A stretch of 64,000 nucleotides of DNA from Acidimicrobiia bacterium (GTDB lineage Bacteria; Actinomycetota; Acidimicrobiia; Spongiisociales; ZC4RG35): the NCBI GenBank assembly GCA_965215185.1, contig OZ244034.1, positions 1,088,001-1,152,000 of the forward strand, in the 5' to 3' direction. Below the pieces are notes generated by a model that made no database searches, was not told the DNA's origin, and worked only from the letters and a program-made list of their open reading frames with translations. Of the stretch, positions 50,599 to 61,231 are shown one piece after another. Position 1 is the stretch's first letter, and each line of letters begins with the position of its first letter. Both the position numbers and the translations under genes were made by a program.

Positions 50599-51537
50599 AT
50601 GAAAGACGAGCATTCCGGCCGAGCCCGCTTTCAAGCATTGCTGGCTGCCGAGGAGAAGGTGGAACCCGCCGACTGGATGCCAGATGGTTATCGCAAGACG
50701 CTTATTCGCCAGATCGCCCAGCACGCCCATTCCGAGGTGATCGGGATGCAGCCGGAGGGCAATTGGATAAGCCGCGCTCCCACACTCCAACGCAAAGCCA
50801 TTCTGATGGCCAAGGTCCAAGATGAGGCGGGGCACGGGTTATACCTCTATTCAGCAGCCGAGACTCTGGGCATCACCCGGGACGAGATGATGCGTCTGCT
50901 TCATGAGGGCAAGCACAAATATTCCTCCATCTTCAATTACCCAACCCTCAGCTGGGCCGACATCGGCTGCATCGGATGGCTGGTGGACGGAGCCGCCATC
51001 ACCAATCAGGTGATGCTGACTCGCTGCTCTTACGGCCCCTATGCCCGGGGCATGGTGCGGATCTGCAAAGAGGAGTCCTTCCATCAGCGGCAGGGTTTCC
51101 AGATCATGGCCACCCTCAGCCGCGGAACCCCCGCCCAGCGGGAGATGGCCCAAGACGGACTCAACCGATGGTGGTGGCCTTCACTGATGATGTTCGGACC
51201 ACATGACTCGGAATCCACCCACAGCCAACAATCCATGGAGTGGAAGATAAAGCGGGTATCCAACGACGCTCTGCGACAGCAGTTCGTGGATATGACTGTG
51301 CCGCAGGCCGAATTTCTCGGATTGCAGATCCCCGACTCGGATCTTCGCTGGAATCCCCAGCGCGGGCACTACGACTTCGGGGAGATCGATTGGGAGGAGT
51401 TCTGGGCAGTGGTGAGGGGCAACGGACCGATGAATAGGGAGCGAGTAGATCATAAACGGGCCGCCTGGGAAGAGGGCGCCTGGGTTAGGGAAGCCGCGGC
51501 GGCCTATGCCGCCGGCCAAGCGGGAAAGGTCGCCTGA
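50599..51537 (+). CDS. paaA: Phenylacetyl-CoA epoxidase subunit A
   Basis: [29 protein letters not shown]. Confidence 0.97.
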   Translation: MKDEHSGRARFQALLAAEEKVEPADWMPDGYRKTLIRQIAQHAHSEVIGMQPEGNWISRAPTLQRKAILMAKVQDEAGHGLYLYSAAETLGITRDEMMRLLHEGKHKYSSIFNYPTLSWADIGCIGWLVDGAAITNQVMLTRCSYGPYARGMVRICKEESFHQRQGFQIMATLSRGTPAQREMAQDGLNRWWWPSLMMFGPHDSESTHSQQSMEWKIKRVSNDALRQQFVDMTVPQAEFLGLQIPDSDLRWNPQRGHYDFGEIDWEEFWAVVRGNGPMNRERVDHKRAAWEEGAWVREAAAAYAAGQAGKVA

Positions 51538-51887
51538 TGTCCTATTCTGTTCCCCGCCTGCCCGAAGAACGAGAGTCCGACTTCGCGCCGCAGAGCCAAG
51601 GTGGGCTCTCCGGGTGGCCGCTGTGGGAGGTCTTCATTCGCCAGCGCCGGGGGATGTCTCATGTCCACGCCGGGAGTCTCCATGCTCCGGACGCGGAGAT
51701 GGCCCTCCAATCCGCCCGAGACGTTTACACCCGCCGGGGGGAGGGAATCAGCCTGTGGGTGGTGAAGTCATCGCAGATTACCTCCTCCGACGCCGACGAC
51801 GCCGGGGCCCTGTTCGAACCCACCGCAAGCAAGCCGTACCGTGACGCCACCTACTACCCGGTTCCCGAAGAGGTGAAGTGGCTGTGA
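51537..51887 (+). CDS. paaB: Phenylacetyl-CoA epoxidase subunit B
   Basis: WPLWEVF, HAGSLHA, ARDVYTRR. Confidence 0.95.
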   Translation: MSYSVPRLPEERESDFAPQSQGGLSGWPLWEVFIRQRRGMSHVHAGSLHAPDAEMALQSARDVYTRRGEGISLWVVKSSQITSSDADDAGALFEPTASKPYRDATYYPVPEEVKWL

Positions 51888-52681
51888 ATCCAGTCGTGGG
51901 CTCGACCTTGTCGGAAACCGCCGCCGGAACCCACCCCCTCTTGTTTGGCTATGTGCTCCACCATGCCGATGACAATCTGGTTCTCGCCCAACGGATGTCG
52001 GGATGGATTTCACGCGCTCCGGATCTTGAGGAAGATATAGCCATGGCGAACATCGCCTTGGATCTGTTGGGCAGGGCGCGGATGCTGCTGGACTATGCAG
52101 GGCAACTGGAAGGAAACGGCCGGTCCGAGGATCATTTGGCGATGTTCCGCTCCGAGCGAGAGTTCACCAACCTTCTTCTGGTTGAGCAGCCCAACGGCGA
52201 TTTCGCTCATACCATGGTTCGCCAGTTCCTTTACGATGCATATCAGGTCGAGCTTTGGGAAGGACTTCGCATTTCACAGGATGCTTTTTTGGCGGGCATC
52301 GCCGGAAAGGCCATCAAAGAGGCCCGTTATCACCTGAGGCACTCATCGAATTGGATATTGCGGCTCGGAAAGGGTACCGGGGAGAGCCATCGACGAACCC
52401 AACAGGCTGTAAACGGCTTGTGGCGTTTCACTCCGGAGATGTTTGAAGTAGAAGAGACAACCCAAGAGCTGGCTGAATCCGGGATCGCCGTCGACCCGGT
52501 CCAGATGCAGGCGGCGTGGGATCGGCTTGTACAGGAAACCTTCTCGGCGGCCGGGTTGCGGATCCCTACCGACGGTTACTCACGTTCAGGTGGACGGTTA
52601 GGTCTTCACACTGAACACCTGGGATATTTACTGGCGGAGATGCAGTGGATGCAACGCTCCTATCCGGACATGGAATGGTGA
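51878..52681 (+). CDS. paaC: Phenylacetyl-CoA epoxidase subunit C
   Basis: APDLEEDIA, EQPNGDFA, KEARYH. Confidence 0.95.
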   Translation: MAVNPVVGSTLSETAAGTHPLLFGYVLHHADDNLVLAQRMSGWISRAPDLEEDIAMANIALDLLGRARMLLDYAGQLEGNGRSEDHLAMFRSEREFTNLLLVEQPNGDFAHTMVRQFLYDAYQVELWEGLRISQDAFLAGIAGKAIKEARYHLRHSSNWILRLGKGTGESHRRTQQAVNGLWRFTPEMFEVEETTQELAESGIAVDPVQMQAAWDRLVQETFSAAGLRIPTDGYSRSGGRLGLHTEHLGYLLAEMQWMQRSYPDMEW

Positions 52682-53151
52682 TAACCGCCGGCGAAATCCG
52701 GGCACGACTGGCGCAAGTGCCAGATCCAGAACTCCCGTGGGTATCCATCGCAGAGTTGGGGATCCTCCGGGGCGCCCACATAGCACAGGGAAGGGCCGTT
52801 GTGGAAATCACACCTACATGGTCGGGTTGCCCGGCGATGGATGCCATCAAAGATTCCATCCAGGAGGTACTGCAGGAAGCCGGTTTCCGCGCCGATCAAA
52901 TCAAGATCAACACCCATTACAGTCCGGCGTGGAGCACCGATGACATCACCGCCGACGGGCTCCGCAAACTCAGAGCAGCCGGTATCGCTCCTCCCCTCCA
53001 ACCTGCGGGAGATCCGATGGGGACCACTCAATGCCCCCGCTGTGACTCGCCCGGTGTGAGGCAAGTCAGTGAATTCGGGTCCACCCCTTGCAAAGCGTTG
53101 ATGGTTTGCAGCAGTTGCTTGGAGCCTTTTGATCGCTTCAAGGAACTCTGA
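52675..53151 (+). CDS. paaD: Phenylacetyl-CoA epoxidase subunit D
   Basis: VPDPE, TPTWSGCP, CPRC...FGSTPCK...C..C. Confidence 0.95.
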   Translation: MVITAGEIRARLAQVPDPELPWVSIAELGILRGAHIAQGRAVVEITPTWSGCPAMDAIKDSIQEVLQEAGFRADQIKINTHYSPAWSTDDITADGLRKLRAAGIAPPLQPAGDPMGTTQCPRCDSPGVRQVSEFGSTPCKALMVCSSCLEPFDRFKEL

Positions 53152-54227
53152 TGGACGCTCCACCGGTTTTCCACCGTTTATATATATCTGAAGTAAAACG
53201 TGAGACTGCCGAATCGGTAGCGGTCACGTTTTCGATCCCACCCCACTTGGAAACCAAATTTCGATATCTGGCCGGTCAACACGTAACGGTCCGTGCCCAT
53301 ATTGACGGTGAGGATGTGCGACGCAGCTACTCGCTGTGCGCAGACGCCTCCACCGGACAGATCCGCATCGGGATCAAGAAGCTAACGGGAGGCAAATTCT
53401 CTACCTACGCCAACTGTGGACTTCGCGCCGGAGACTCCTTGGACGTAATGCCCCCGGTGGGAGAGTTCACCATCACCCCCGACCCCCAGTCGAAACGACA
53501 CTACGCGGCGGTGGCGGCGGGAAGTGGTATCACCCCGGTCCTGTCTCTGATCTCCACCACCCTTCGAGCCGAGCCGGGGTGCTCTTGGACTCTGGTGCTG
53601 GGCAACCGCTCGGCCGCTTCGATCATGTTCCTCGAGGACCTGGCCGCCCTGAAAGACCGATATTCGGCGCGTTTCCATCTGATCCATGTCCTCAGTCGCG
53701 AACAGCAGGCCTCGTCACTGCTCAGCGGGCGAATCGACCGCCCCCGACTGGAGGGGATATTCAGGGTGCTGTTGGACCCAGAATCGGTGGATCTTTGGTT
53801 CCTATGCGGCCCTTATCAGATGGTCACCATGATTCGGGAGACCCTGGAAGAACGGGGCGTGGAGCCCGCCGACATCCGGGATGAATTGTTTTTCGCCGGG
53901 CCGCCACCTGCCTCGAGTACGTTTGAGGGCGGGGAACCGTCGGAGGGCGGAGTGGAACTGACCTTCACTTTGGATGGACGTACCTCGACGGTGTGGATGG
54001 GGCCTCAGGCCCGGGTCCTGGACGCCGCCCTGACCGTCCGACATGAGTTGCCCTGGTCGTGTCGGGGCGGAATGTGCGCCTCTTGCAAGGCCCAGGTGCT
54101 GGATGGAGAAGTCTTCATGGAGCACAACTACGCCTTGGTGGCCGAAGATCTGGAAGCAGGTTACGTTCTGACGTGTCAGGCCGTTCCTCAAAGCGACCGG
54201 CTGACTGTGGACTTCGACCGACGATGA
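53151..54227 (+). CDS. paaE: Phenylacetyl-CoA epoxidase reductase subunit
   Basis: RRSYS, GSGITP, C.GG.C..C 2Fe-2S motif. Confidence 0.93.
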   Translation: MDAPPVFHRLYISEVKRETAESVAVTFSIPPHLETKFRYLAGQHVTVRAHIDGEDVRRSYSLCADASTGQIRIGIKKLTGGKFSTYANCGLRAGDSLDVMPPVGEFTITPDPQSKRHYAAVAAGSGITPVLSLISTTLRAEPGCSWTLVLGNRSAASIMFLEDLAALKDRYSARFHLIHVLSREQQASSLLSGRIDRPRLEGIFRVLLDPESVDLWFLCGPYQMVTMIRETLEERGVEPADIRDELFFAGPPPASSTFEGGEPSEGGVELTFTLDGRTSTVWMGPQARVLDAALTVRHELPWSCRGGMCASCKAQVLDGEVFMEHNYALVAEDLEAGYVLTCQAVPQSDRLTVDFDRR

Positions 54228-54844
54228 GCACCACCACCCGGCACAGCCGCGAGAGCGTAATCCAGGCGGCGGGGAAGCTCTTCGCGCTGCGGGGCTACCA
54301 CGGCACCTCCATGCAGGATCTGGGAAATGAACTTGGCCTGTTCAAGTCCTCCATCTACTCCCATGTCTCCTCCAAAGAAGACCTATTGCTGGAAGTGGTT
54401 CGCCGCGCCGAGCGGCTGTTCAATCAGTCCGCCCAAAGGGCGATGGAAAACAACGTGGGGGAGGCAGCCCGACTTCAGGCACTCATCACCGGCCATCTTC
54501 AAGTCATCTTGGACCATCGCGATGAAGCCAGCACCTTCCTCAACGAGGCTCGGGCGCTCGACGCACGCTATCGGCAAACAGTAATCGCCGCCCGTGACGG
54601 CTATGAAGGCATCTTCCGCGAAGTACTCCGGGCCGGCATCAACAGTGGTGACTTCAATCCCCACATCGACCCGGTGATGGCCACCATCTTCATACTCTCC
54701 ATACTCAATGCAGTGGGTCGCTGGTACCGGCCGGACGGAAAGCTGGGACGTGAAGATCTAGCCCACGAAATGTGGGAGTTCATCAGTTCCGGATTGACCC
54801 GTCCCGGGAACACCAGCCCACCAGCAGCCGGGCTTCAGACGTAG
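54224..54844 (+). CDS. TetR-family regulator (PaaR-like)
   Basis: LF..RGYHGTS...SSIYSH..SKEDLL; last gene of the paa operon. Confidence 0.88.
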   Translation: MSTTTRHSRESVIQAAGKLFALRGYHGTSMQDLGNELGLFKSSIYSHVSSKEDLLLEVVRRAERLFNQSAQRAMENNVGEAARLQALITGHLQVILDHRDEASTFLNEARALDARYRQTVIAARDGYEGIFREVLRAGINSGDFNPHIDPVMATIFILSILNAVGRWYRPDGKLGREDLAHEMWEFISSGLTRPGNTSPPAAGLQT

Positions 54845-55506
54845 GACATCTCCCGGCGGAACTTCTTCCAATCTGAGGTCTTCACCGACCACACAGAATC
54901 GGTGATGATTTGCAGCACACCTTGGCCCAACAGCAGCCAAGCCACCCACGAGGGGAAATTCGACGACCAGGCCACAATCAACATCAGGAAAGGAATCGCT
55001 TTGGAGACGATGGCGCCAGAGGCGTGCATCCAGGCCCGCCCTCGCGCTCCGGCCCGAAGATAGGTGTCGTAGTCGACTTTCACTCCCGGCTGAGGACGTT
55101 TCAACGACCCCACAAACCAATGAGTGAAACGTATCCCCACCATCCTGCCCACCAGTTGGTGGCCCAGTCCGTGGGTGGTGGTCGTCAGAACGCCGCCGCC
55201 CCCCAGCAACACCAAGCCATCCCATGGTCTGGGCAGAAAATGAGCCCAGACCACCAACAGCACCCCCGCCACAGTGCCCAAGGTCATAACCGCATTGCCC
55301 ACCCGGGACGGCACCGCAAAAAGAGCCCACTCCAGGAAAGCCTTGCGATCGATCTGGGCAATCCGTGGAGCAAAGCCGTCCACCAAATCAGGTGAGGATT
55401 TCACAGACGCCACCGCTTTCCAAAAACCGGTACCAGCCAGCCCCTTACCAGCGCCCACCGCCTTCTGGGCAGCCGTCAGCGCCTCTTTGATGCCCGACGG
55501 CTCCAC
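54835..55506 (-). CDS. Hypothetical membrane protein
   Basis: TM segments and an HGLGH motif; probable GTG start with RBS. Confidence 0.65.
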   Translation of the reverse strand: MEPSGIKEALTAAQKAVGAGKGLAGTGFWKAVASVKSSPDLVDGFAPRIAQIDRKAFLEWALFAVPSRVGNAVMTLGTVAGVLLVVWAHFLPRPWDGLVLLGGGGVLTTTTHGLGHQLVGRMVGIRFTHWFVGSLKRPQPGVKVDYDTYLRAGARGRAWMHASGAIVSKAIPFLMLIVAWSSNFPSWVAWLLLGQGVLQIITDSVWSVKTSDWKKFRREMSYV

Positions 55507-55519
55507 TAGCGCAGCTCCC

Positions 55520-56275
55520 TCAGCGATGCTCGGGATTGTCGAAGTCGAAACGACATCCGGCGTCCCACGCGGCACGCTGGTTACCGTGCACCGGCCACCC
55601 ACCCGCGTCGACGAGCATGCGCGCCGCGTGAAGGAGGTTCCAGGTCATGAAAGTGGTGTTGCGATTGGTGAAATCGTTCTCCGGGCCACCCGAGCCAGGG
55701 TCCAGGTACGAGGGTCCAGGGCCGGCTTCTCCTATCCATCCGGCATCGGCCTGCGGAGGAATCACGAACCCGATGTGCTGCAGGGCGTAGAGAATGCTCA
55801 TCGAACAGTGCTTTATCCCGTCCTCGTTGCCGGTGATGAGACACCCGCCCACCCGGCCGTAATAGGCGTACTGCCCGTGCTCATTGAGGACTCCCGAGGC
55901 GGAATAGAGCCGTTCGACCACCTGGGTGCACACCGAAGTTTTATCTCCCAGCCAGATCGATGAACCCAACACCAGGATGTTGGCGTCCATCACCTCCTGC
56001 AGAATGGCCGGCCAGTCATCCCGCTCGAAGCCATGTTCGGTCATATCCGGCCAAACTCCCGGAGCGATCACATGGTCAACGGCACGAAACTGGGTGACCT
56101 TGACCCCATTGCGTTCCATGATCGCCGCCGATAGGTCCATCAAACCTTGGGTGTGAGATATTTCCGGCGACTTCTTGAGGGTGCAATTGATAAAGACCGC
56201 CGACAAATCAGAAAAATCCCAGTTGCTTTGGCTGCAAAGTTCTTCCTGCCTGACGCTAAGTGGGGCGGTGCTCAT
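55520..56275 (-). CDS. Flavodoxin / NADPH-dependent FMN reductase family
   Basis: NCTLK, SSIWLG, GNEDG. Confidence 0.88.
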   Translation of the reverse strand: MSTAPLSVRQEELCSQSNWDFSDLSAVFINCTLKKSPEISHTQGLMDLSAAIMERNGVKVTQFRAVDHVIAPGVWPDMTEHGFERDDWPAILQEVMDANILVLGSSIWLGDKTSVCTQVVERLYSASGVLNEHGQYAYYGRVGGCLITGNEDGIKHCSMSILYALQHIGFVIPPQADAGWIGEAGPGPSYLDPGSGGPENDFTNRNTTFMTWNLLHAARMLVDAGGWPVHGNQRAAWDAGCRFDFDNPEHR

Positions 56276-56365
56276 AAGACAGTCTCCTATTACGTTCTGC
56301 TTACGGGAAATGGTACCTAACGGAAGGTAGAATGCCTCAATGTATGTCGCTGCGATCTGAGCATT

Positions 56366-57118
56366 TTGACGGTTGAACTGGACCTGATTACCGGCGTATT
56401 GTTGGTCCTGGCCGGGTTCGCGTCGGCCTTCATAAATGTCATGGCAGGGGGAGGGTCGGCGGTCACCCTGATAATCCTCGAGCCGTTGCTCGGCGCCAAC
56501 ATCGCCAACGCCACCAACCGGGTGGCAATCGTCCTCGCCAACATCTTGGGAACCGCCAACTTCTCACGCAAGCAACTGGTCCCGTGGAAACTTTCCTTCA
56601 GCCTGCTCATCCCCACCATGATCGGGACCGGACTGGGAGCATGGGTCGCCACCCGGGTCTCCAATGAAACGATGCGCACCGCCTTCGCGGTGGTGCTGGT
56701 CGGAGTGGCCCTTTCGGTGCTGCTCAAACCATCAGCCTGGGTGAAAGGGCAGGTGGACCCACGATTGGGGAAGTGGGGGAAGGCAGCGGCTTTCCTCGCC
56801 ATCGGCTTTTACGGGGGCTTCATTCAGGTAGGAGTGGGGTTTTTGCTGATCAGTGGACTGGTGCTGGGATGCGGGCTCGACCTAGTGAAAGGCAGCGCCG
56901 CCAAGATGTTTCTGATCGCTTGCTACACCGCCTTGGCACTGGGGATCTTCGCCTTGGCCGATCAGGTCAACTGGGGAGTGGGCTTGGTGATGGCGATCGG
57001 TAACTGCAGCGGCGCGTGGCTGGGAACCCGCCTCGCCATTGACAAGGGCGCCGGGCTGATCCGCTGGCTATTGGCGATCGCCTCGGTGGGGGTGGCCGTG
57101 CGCATGTTGTTCTTCTAG
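56366..57118 (+). CDS. TauE/SafE sulfite exporter family
   Basis: AGGG, ANATN, GFYGGF..GVG. Confidence 0.88.
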   Translation: MTVELDLITGVLLVLAGFASAFINVMAGGGSAVTLIILEPLLGANIANATNRVAIVLANILGTANFSRKQLVPWKLSFSLLIPTMIGTGLGAWVATRVSNETMRTAFAVVLVGVALSVLLKPSAWVKGQVDPRLGKWGKAAAFLAIGFYGGFIQVGVGFLLISGLVLGCGLDLVKGSAAKMFLIACYTALALGIFALADQVNWGVGLVMAIGNCSGAWLGTRLAIDKGAGLIRWLLAIASVGVAVRMLFF

Positions 57119-57159
57119 CTGAAGCGATCCCGGCGCATGAATCCCTAATCTGTTTTGGG

Positions 57160-58203
57160 ATGATCATTCCTGTTCTCCTGTCCGGAGGGATCGGCATCCG
57201 ATTGTGGCCGCTGTCCACTCCCGAATCTCCCAAACAGTTTCTACGGATCCTCGGAGAGGAGTCTCTTCTACAGACAGCCGCCCGGAGGGTTATGGGCATG
57301 GAGGGAGTTGGCCCCCCGGTAGTGGTGACCAACCAGACCATGCGCAAACAGACCATCGACCATCTGGCCGAGATCGGATGTACACCCGCCGCGGTGCTGA
57401 CCGAACCGGTGGGTCGCAACACCGCCCCGGCTTCGATGGCAGCCGCCCTGTGGGCCGACCCCGACGATCTGCTGCTGGGACTTCCCACCGACCATCTGAT
57501 CACCGACGTGGAGGCTTTCCGAACCGCCATTCGTCAGGGGGTTGCATCCGCCCGGGAGGGTGAGTTGGTCATCTTCGGGATTGAGCCCACCCGCCCTCAT
57601 ACCGGGCTGGGGTATATGGAGGTGGTTGCCGGTCCTCGCCCCGAGGTGCTGGGTATCCGCCGATTCGTGGAAAAGCCGGACCTTCAGACCGCCCACCGCA
57701 TGGTGGAGTCCGACAACTATCTCTGGAATGGAGGAATGTTCCTAACTAAAGCCGGGAAGATGAGGGAGGTGATCTCTTCGTTGCTTCCGGGGGTGGCTGA
57801 GGCGGTCTCCGAAGCCTTCTCCGCAGCTCGCCGCCGCGACGACAGGACCATAGAGTTGGGCCCCCAATTCGAAACAGCCCCTTCGATCTCGGTAGCCAAA
57901 GGTCTGTGGGAACGGGCGGAACGGATCCTGGCGGTCCGGCTGGCCGCCGGATGGTCGGATATCGGGTCGTGGGAGGCTCTGGGAGAGATACTGGGAGCAG
58001 ACACCCAAGGCAACGTGATAAGCGGCGCGGCGGTCGTGGAAGCCGCCCAAGGAGTGCAGATTCACTCCCCACACGCCAAAACCGCGGTGGTTGGCGTCTC
58101 TGATGTGGTGGTGGTGGTCGCCAATGGACGAGTTTTGGTAACAAGTCGGCAAATGTGGGAACAGACAACTGATGCGATCAAGCGCTTGGATGATCTCTCC
58201 TAA
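57160..58203 (+). CDS. Mannose-1-phosphate guanylyltransferase family
   Basis: GG.G.RLWPLS...PKQF, EP.GRNTA, FVEKP, WSDIGSW. Confidence 0.88.
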   Translation: MIIPVLLSGGIGIRLWPLSTPESPKQFLRILGEESLLQTAARRVMGMEGVGPPVVVTNQTMRKQTIDHLAEIGCTPAAVLTEPVGRNTAPASMAAALWADPDDLLLGLPTDHLITDVEAFRTAIRQGVASAREGELVIFGIEPTRPHTGLGYMEVVAGPRPEVLGIRRFVEKPDLQTAHRMVESDNYLWNGGMFLTKAGKMREVISSLLPGVAEAVSEAFSAARRRDDRTIELGPQFETAPSISVAKGLWERAERILAVRLAAGWSDIGSWEALGEILGADTQGNVISGAAVVEAAQGVQIHSPHAKTAVVGVSDVVVVVANGRVLVTSRQMWEQTTDAIKRLDDLS

Positions 58204-58525
58204 CCGACTGGCGGAAAGAGCGCCGCTTTGGTTGGCCGCCTTGGTTCTGGTGATCGGAACGGCGGCGTGTTCCCCTTCGCCTTCTCTGGACGCCACCGGG
58301 CCGGAACTCTTCAGCGAACTGTGCTCCGCCTGCCATGGCGATGGACTGGAAGGCAAGGCAGGTCCACCCCTGGGACCGGGCTCACCGAGCGCGGTGCTGC
58401 CGGACGACTATCTGGTTACCTCCATTCGCCGGGGACGGGGAACGATGCCTTCCTTCGGTCACCTGAACGACGCCCAGGTAACCCGGTTGGTGGCATACAT
58501 TCGAGAAGTTCAAGCCGGACAATGA
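58190..58525 (+). CDS. Cytochrome c lipoprotein
   Basis: TAAC lipobox, CSACH, MPSF. Confidence 0.85.
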   Translation: MISPNRLAERAPLWLAALVLVIGTAACSPSPSLDATGPELFSELCSACHGDGLEGKAGPPLGPGSPSAVLPDDYLVTSIRRGRGTMPSFGHLNDAQVTRLVAYIREVQAGQ

Positions 58526-59529
58526 CGCCTCCTCCGGATCGGGCGTTCACCCGAGGGCCTCTCGCCGGACTGTCGGCATGGACGGTTGCGATCCCAATGG
58601 CCCTTCGCTATCGACGACTCAAAGAACGCAAAGCCGTGCTGCTACGCGGACCGGCGGGTTGGGGAGAATTTTCGCCCTTCGACGAATACGACGACACCAC
58701 TGCGGCACGCTGGCTGGCGTCGGCTCGGGAATCGGCTGTCAAACAACTTCCACAACCGAGACGTGACCGGATCCCGGTCAACGTCACCGTACCCCCAATC
58801 GGGGCCGAGCAGGCCCGCCGGTTGGTAGCCAACTCGGGCTGCCACACCGCCAAGGTGAAAGTGGCAGAAGCCGGCCAGCATTTCAGCGCCGATCTGGCGC
58901 GGGTGGCGGCAGTGCGAGAGGCCCTGGGAGATAGCGGTTTTCTGCGCATAGACGTCAACGGGGCATGGGGAGTGGACGAGGCGGAAGCCTGTCTCGGTCG
59001 CCTGGCTCAGTTCGATCTCCAGTACGTCGAGCAGCCCTGCGCCACCTTGTTGGAGTTGGCCGAATTGCATCCGCGGACGAATATCCCGATCGCCGCCGAC
59101 GAGTCGATTCGCTCGGGCGCCTCACCCGAGCAGATCGTCGACTCGGGCGCAGTGGACATGCTGGTGATGAAGGTCCAGCCCATGGGAGGCGTTGCCCGGA
59201 TGCTGGACTGGGCATCGCGCACCGGTCTTGCAGTGATTCCCTCCTCGGCATTGGAGACCTCCGTCGGCCTGGCCTCGGGACTTGCGGCGGCGGCGGCCCT
59301 GCCGGAATTACCCTATGCCTGCGGGCTGGCCACCGTCTCGCTGCTGGCCGGAGATGTGGTCCGCCACCCCTTGGCGCCCGACCAGGGAACGATCACCCTG
59401 CGCCGCCCCACACCGGCCCCGGAGTTGCTGGAGAGATGGCGACCCGAAGAAGAGGTAGCCTCAATCATGATCGCCCGCCTGGAGCGGATCGCTGCTGTGC
59501 TGAAAGACCATGAGCCATTCTCACCCTAA
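58522..59529 (+). CDS. menC: o-Succinylbenzoate synthase
   Basis: GWGEFSPF, KVKV, DVNG.W, EQP, ADES. Confidence 0.92.
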   Translation: MTPPPDRAFTRGPLAGLSAWTVAIPMALRYRRLKERKAVLLRGPAGWGEFSPFDEYDDTTAARWLASARESAVKQLPQPRRDRIPVNVTVPPIGAEQARRLVANSGCHTAKVKVAEAGQHFSADLARVAAVREALGDSGFLRIDVNGAWGVDEAEACLGRLAQFDLQYVEQPCATLLELAELHPRTNIPIAADESIRSGASPEQIVDSGAVDMLVMKVQPMGGVARMLDWASRTGLAVIPSSALETSVGLASGLAAAAALPELPYACGLATVSLLAGDVVRHPLAPDQGTITLRRPTPAPELLERWRPEEEVASIMIARLERIAAVLKDHEPFSP

Positions 59530-61231
59530 CCCTTCCGTAGCTTTGGCCAGGGTGGTGGTGGACGAACTGGTGCGGGGGAGAGTGTCCCGATTTGTGGTAT
59601 CGCCGGGATCCAGGTCCGCCGCGTTGGCCATAGCGGTGGAGGAACACCCCGGCGCGACTTTGGCGGTGCTCATCGATGAGCGTTCCGCGGCCTTCTTTGC
59701 GATGGGCGCCGCTCGCATGGGAGGTTCGCCGGCGGCGGTGATCACCACCTCGGGCACCGCAGTGGCCAACCTGTTTCCCGCAGTGGTCGAAGCCGACGCC
59801 TCCGGAACCCCGCTCATCCTGCTCACCGCCGACCGTCCCCCCGAACTGCGGGAAACCGGCGCCAATCAAACCATCGACCAATTGAAACTATTCGCGCAAT
59901 TGGTCAGGTGGTCCTGGGAGGCCGGACCGGCCGAGGACCGCCCGGAATCCAACTCCTACTGGAGATCTTCGACGGCTCGAACGGTAGCGGAGGCGCGGGG
60001 ATGGGGAGGGCGGCCGGGGCCGGTCCATCTCAACCTGGCATTCCGAGAACCCACCGCCCCCACCTACGACGATGGACGCTCCCGGGCCCAGCCCTTTGAA
60101 GCCGCTACAAGTGGGCGACCGGCAGGAAAGCCCTGGATTACGGCTCGGCGGACTCCACCCACCGACCTTTCTTTCCTTGCCGCGGTGGAGCAGGCCAAAC
60201 GGGGTGTGATAGTGGTGGGGGAGGGGGCGGGGGGCACGCAGATCTATGCGCGATTGGCCGAGCGGCTCGGATGGCCGCTCATCGCCGAGGCTCTGTCCGG
60301 AGCGCGTCGACCGCCTTCCATCTCCACCTATCACCATCTTCTCCAAGGCTCTCCGCCAGCGCTTCGTCCCGATCTGGCGCTGTGCTTCGGCACAACCGGG
60401 CTCAGCCCCAACCTTTCGGCCCTGCTGGGGGATCCCTCCGTGCCACAGGTGGTTGTGGGAGCCCCCGGACCTTGGGCCGATCCCAGTCGGGCAGTCTCAC
60501 ACTTGACGGCAGGTTCGCCTCCCACCGTAGCCCAGGCTGTGTTGGACCGGATCGAGGAGGGCGGGACCGACCGGGAATGGCTGGGGAGATGGCTGGGAGC
60601 CGAACAGGTCTGCCGCCAGGTGGTTGACAACATTCTGGACTCCAGCGACACTCCCACCGAGCCTCGGACGGCCCGAGATCTGTCAGGACTGCCGCTCGAC
60701 GCCCTGGTCGTGGGATCATCGATGCCCATCCGGGATGTGGAGATGTTCGCCCACCTGACTCCTGAACAGGTAATCGGGAACCGGGGCGCATCCGGGGTAG
60801 ACGGTCTGGTCTCCACCTCGTTGGGGGCGGCCTGGGTGAAACAGGGACGGGTGGCTTGCATCACCGGCGACCTGGCGCTTCTCCACGACTCCAACGGGTT
60901 CCTGGTGAACGACCGCCCCTCATGTGTCTTGGTGGTGATCAACAACGACGGGGGAGGGATCTTCAATTTCCTGCCCCAGGCCGCTTTTCCGCATTTTGAG
61001 AAGCTCTTTGGAACTCCACACGGGCGGGACTTGGGGACTCTGGCGCAGTTTCACGATCTTGGGTACCGAAGGCTGGAGCGAGCCGTGGACCTGGTTCCCA
61101 CAGTGGAAAGCGCCCTCACCAGTGGCGGGGTGTGGTTGGTAGAGGTCCGCACCGACCGGGAAGAGAACCACCGGCTGCACCAGAGCATCGGGGCGGAGAC
61201 CACCCGACGGGTTGCTTCGATCCTGGGCTAA
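59510..61231 (+). CDS. menD: SEPHCHC synthase
   Basis: PGSRS, DERSA.F, TSGTA, NRGASG.DG, NNDGGGIF. Confidence 0.95.
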   Translation: MSHSHPNPSVALARVVVDELVRGRVSRFVVSPGSRSAALAIAVEEHPGATLAVLIDERSAAFFAMGAARMGGSPAAVITTSGTAVANLFPAVVEADASGTPLILLTADRPPELRETGANQTIDQLKLFAQLVRWSWEAGPAEDRPESNSYWRSSTARTVAEARGWGGRPGPVHLNLAFREPTAPTYDDGRSRAQPFEAATSGRPAGKPWITARRTPPTDLSFLAAVEQAKRGVIVVGEGAGGTQIYARLAERLGWPLIAEALSGARRPPSISTYHHLLQGSPPALRPDLALCFGTTGLSPNLSALLGDPSVPQVVVGAPGPWADPSRAVSHLTAGSPPTVAQAVLDRIEEGGTDREWLGRWLGAEQVCRQVVDNILDSSDTPTEPRTARDLSGLPLDALVVGSSMPIRDVEMFAHLTPEQVIGNRGASGVDGLVSTSLGAAWVKQGRVACITGDLALLHDSNGFLVNDRPSCVLVVINNDGGGIFNFLPQAAFPHFEKLFGTPHGRDLGTLAQFHDLGYRRLERAVDLVPTVESALTSGGVWLVEVRTDREENHRLHQSIGAETTRRVASILG

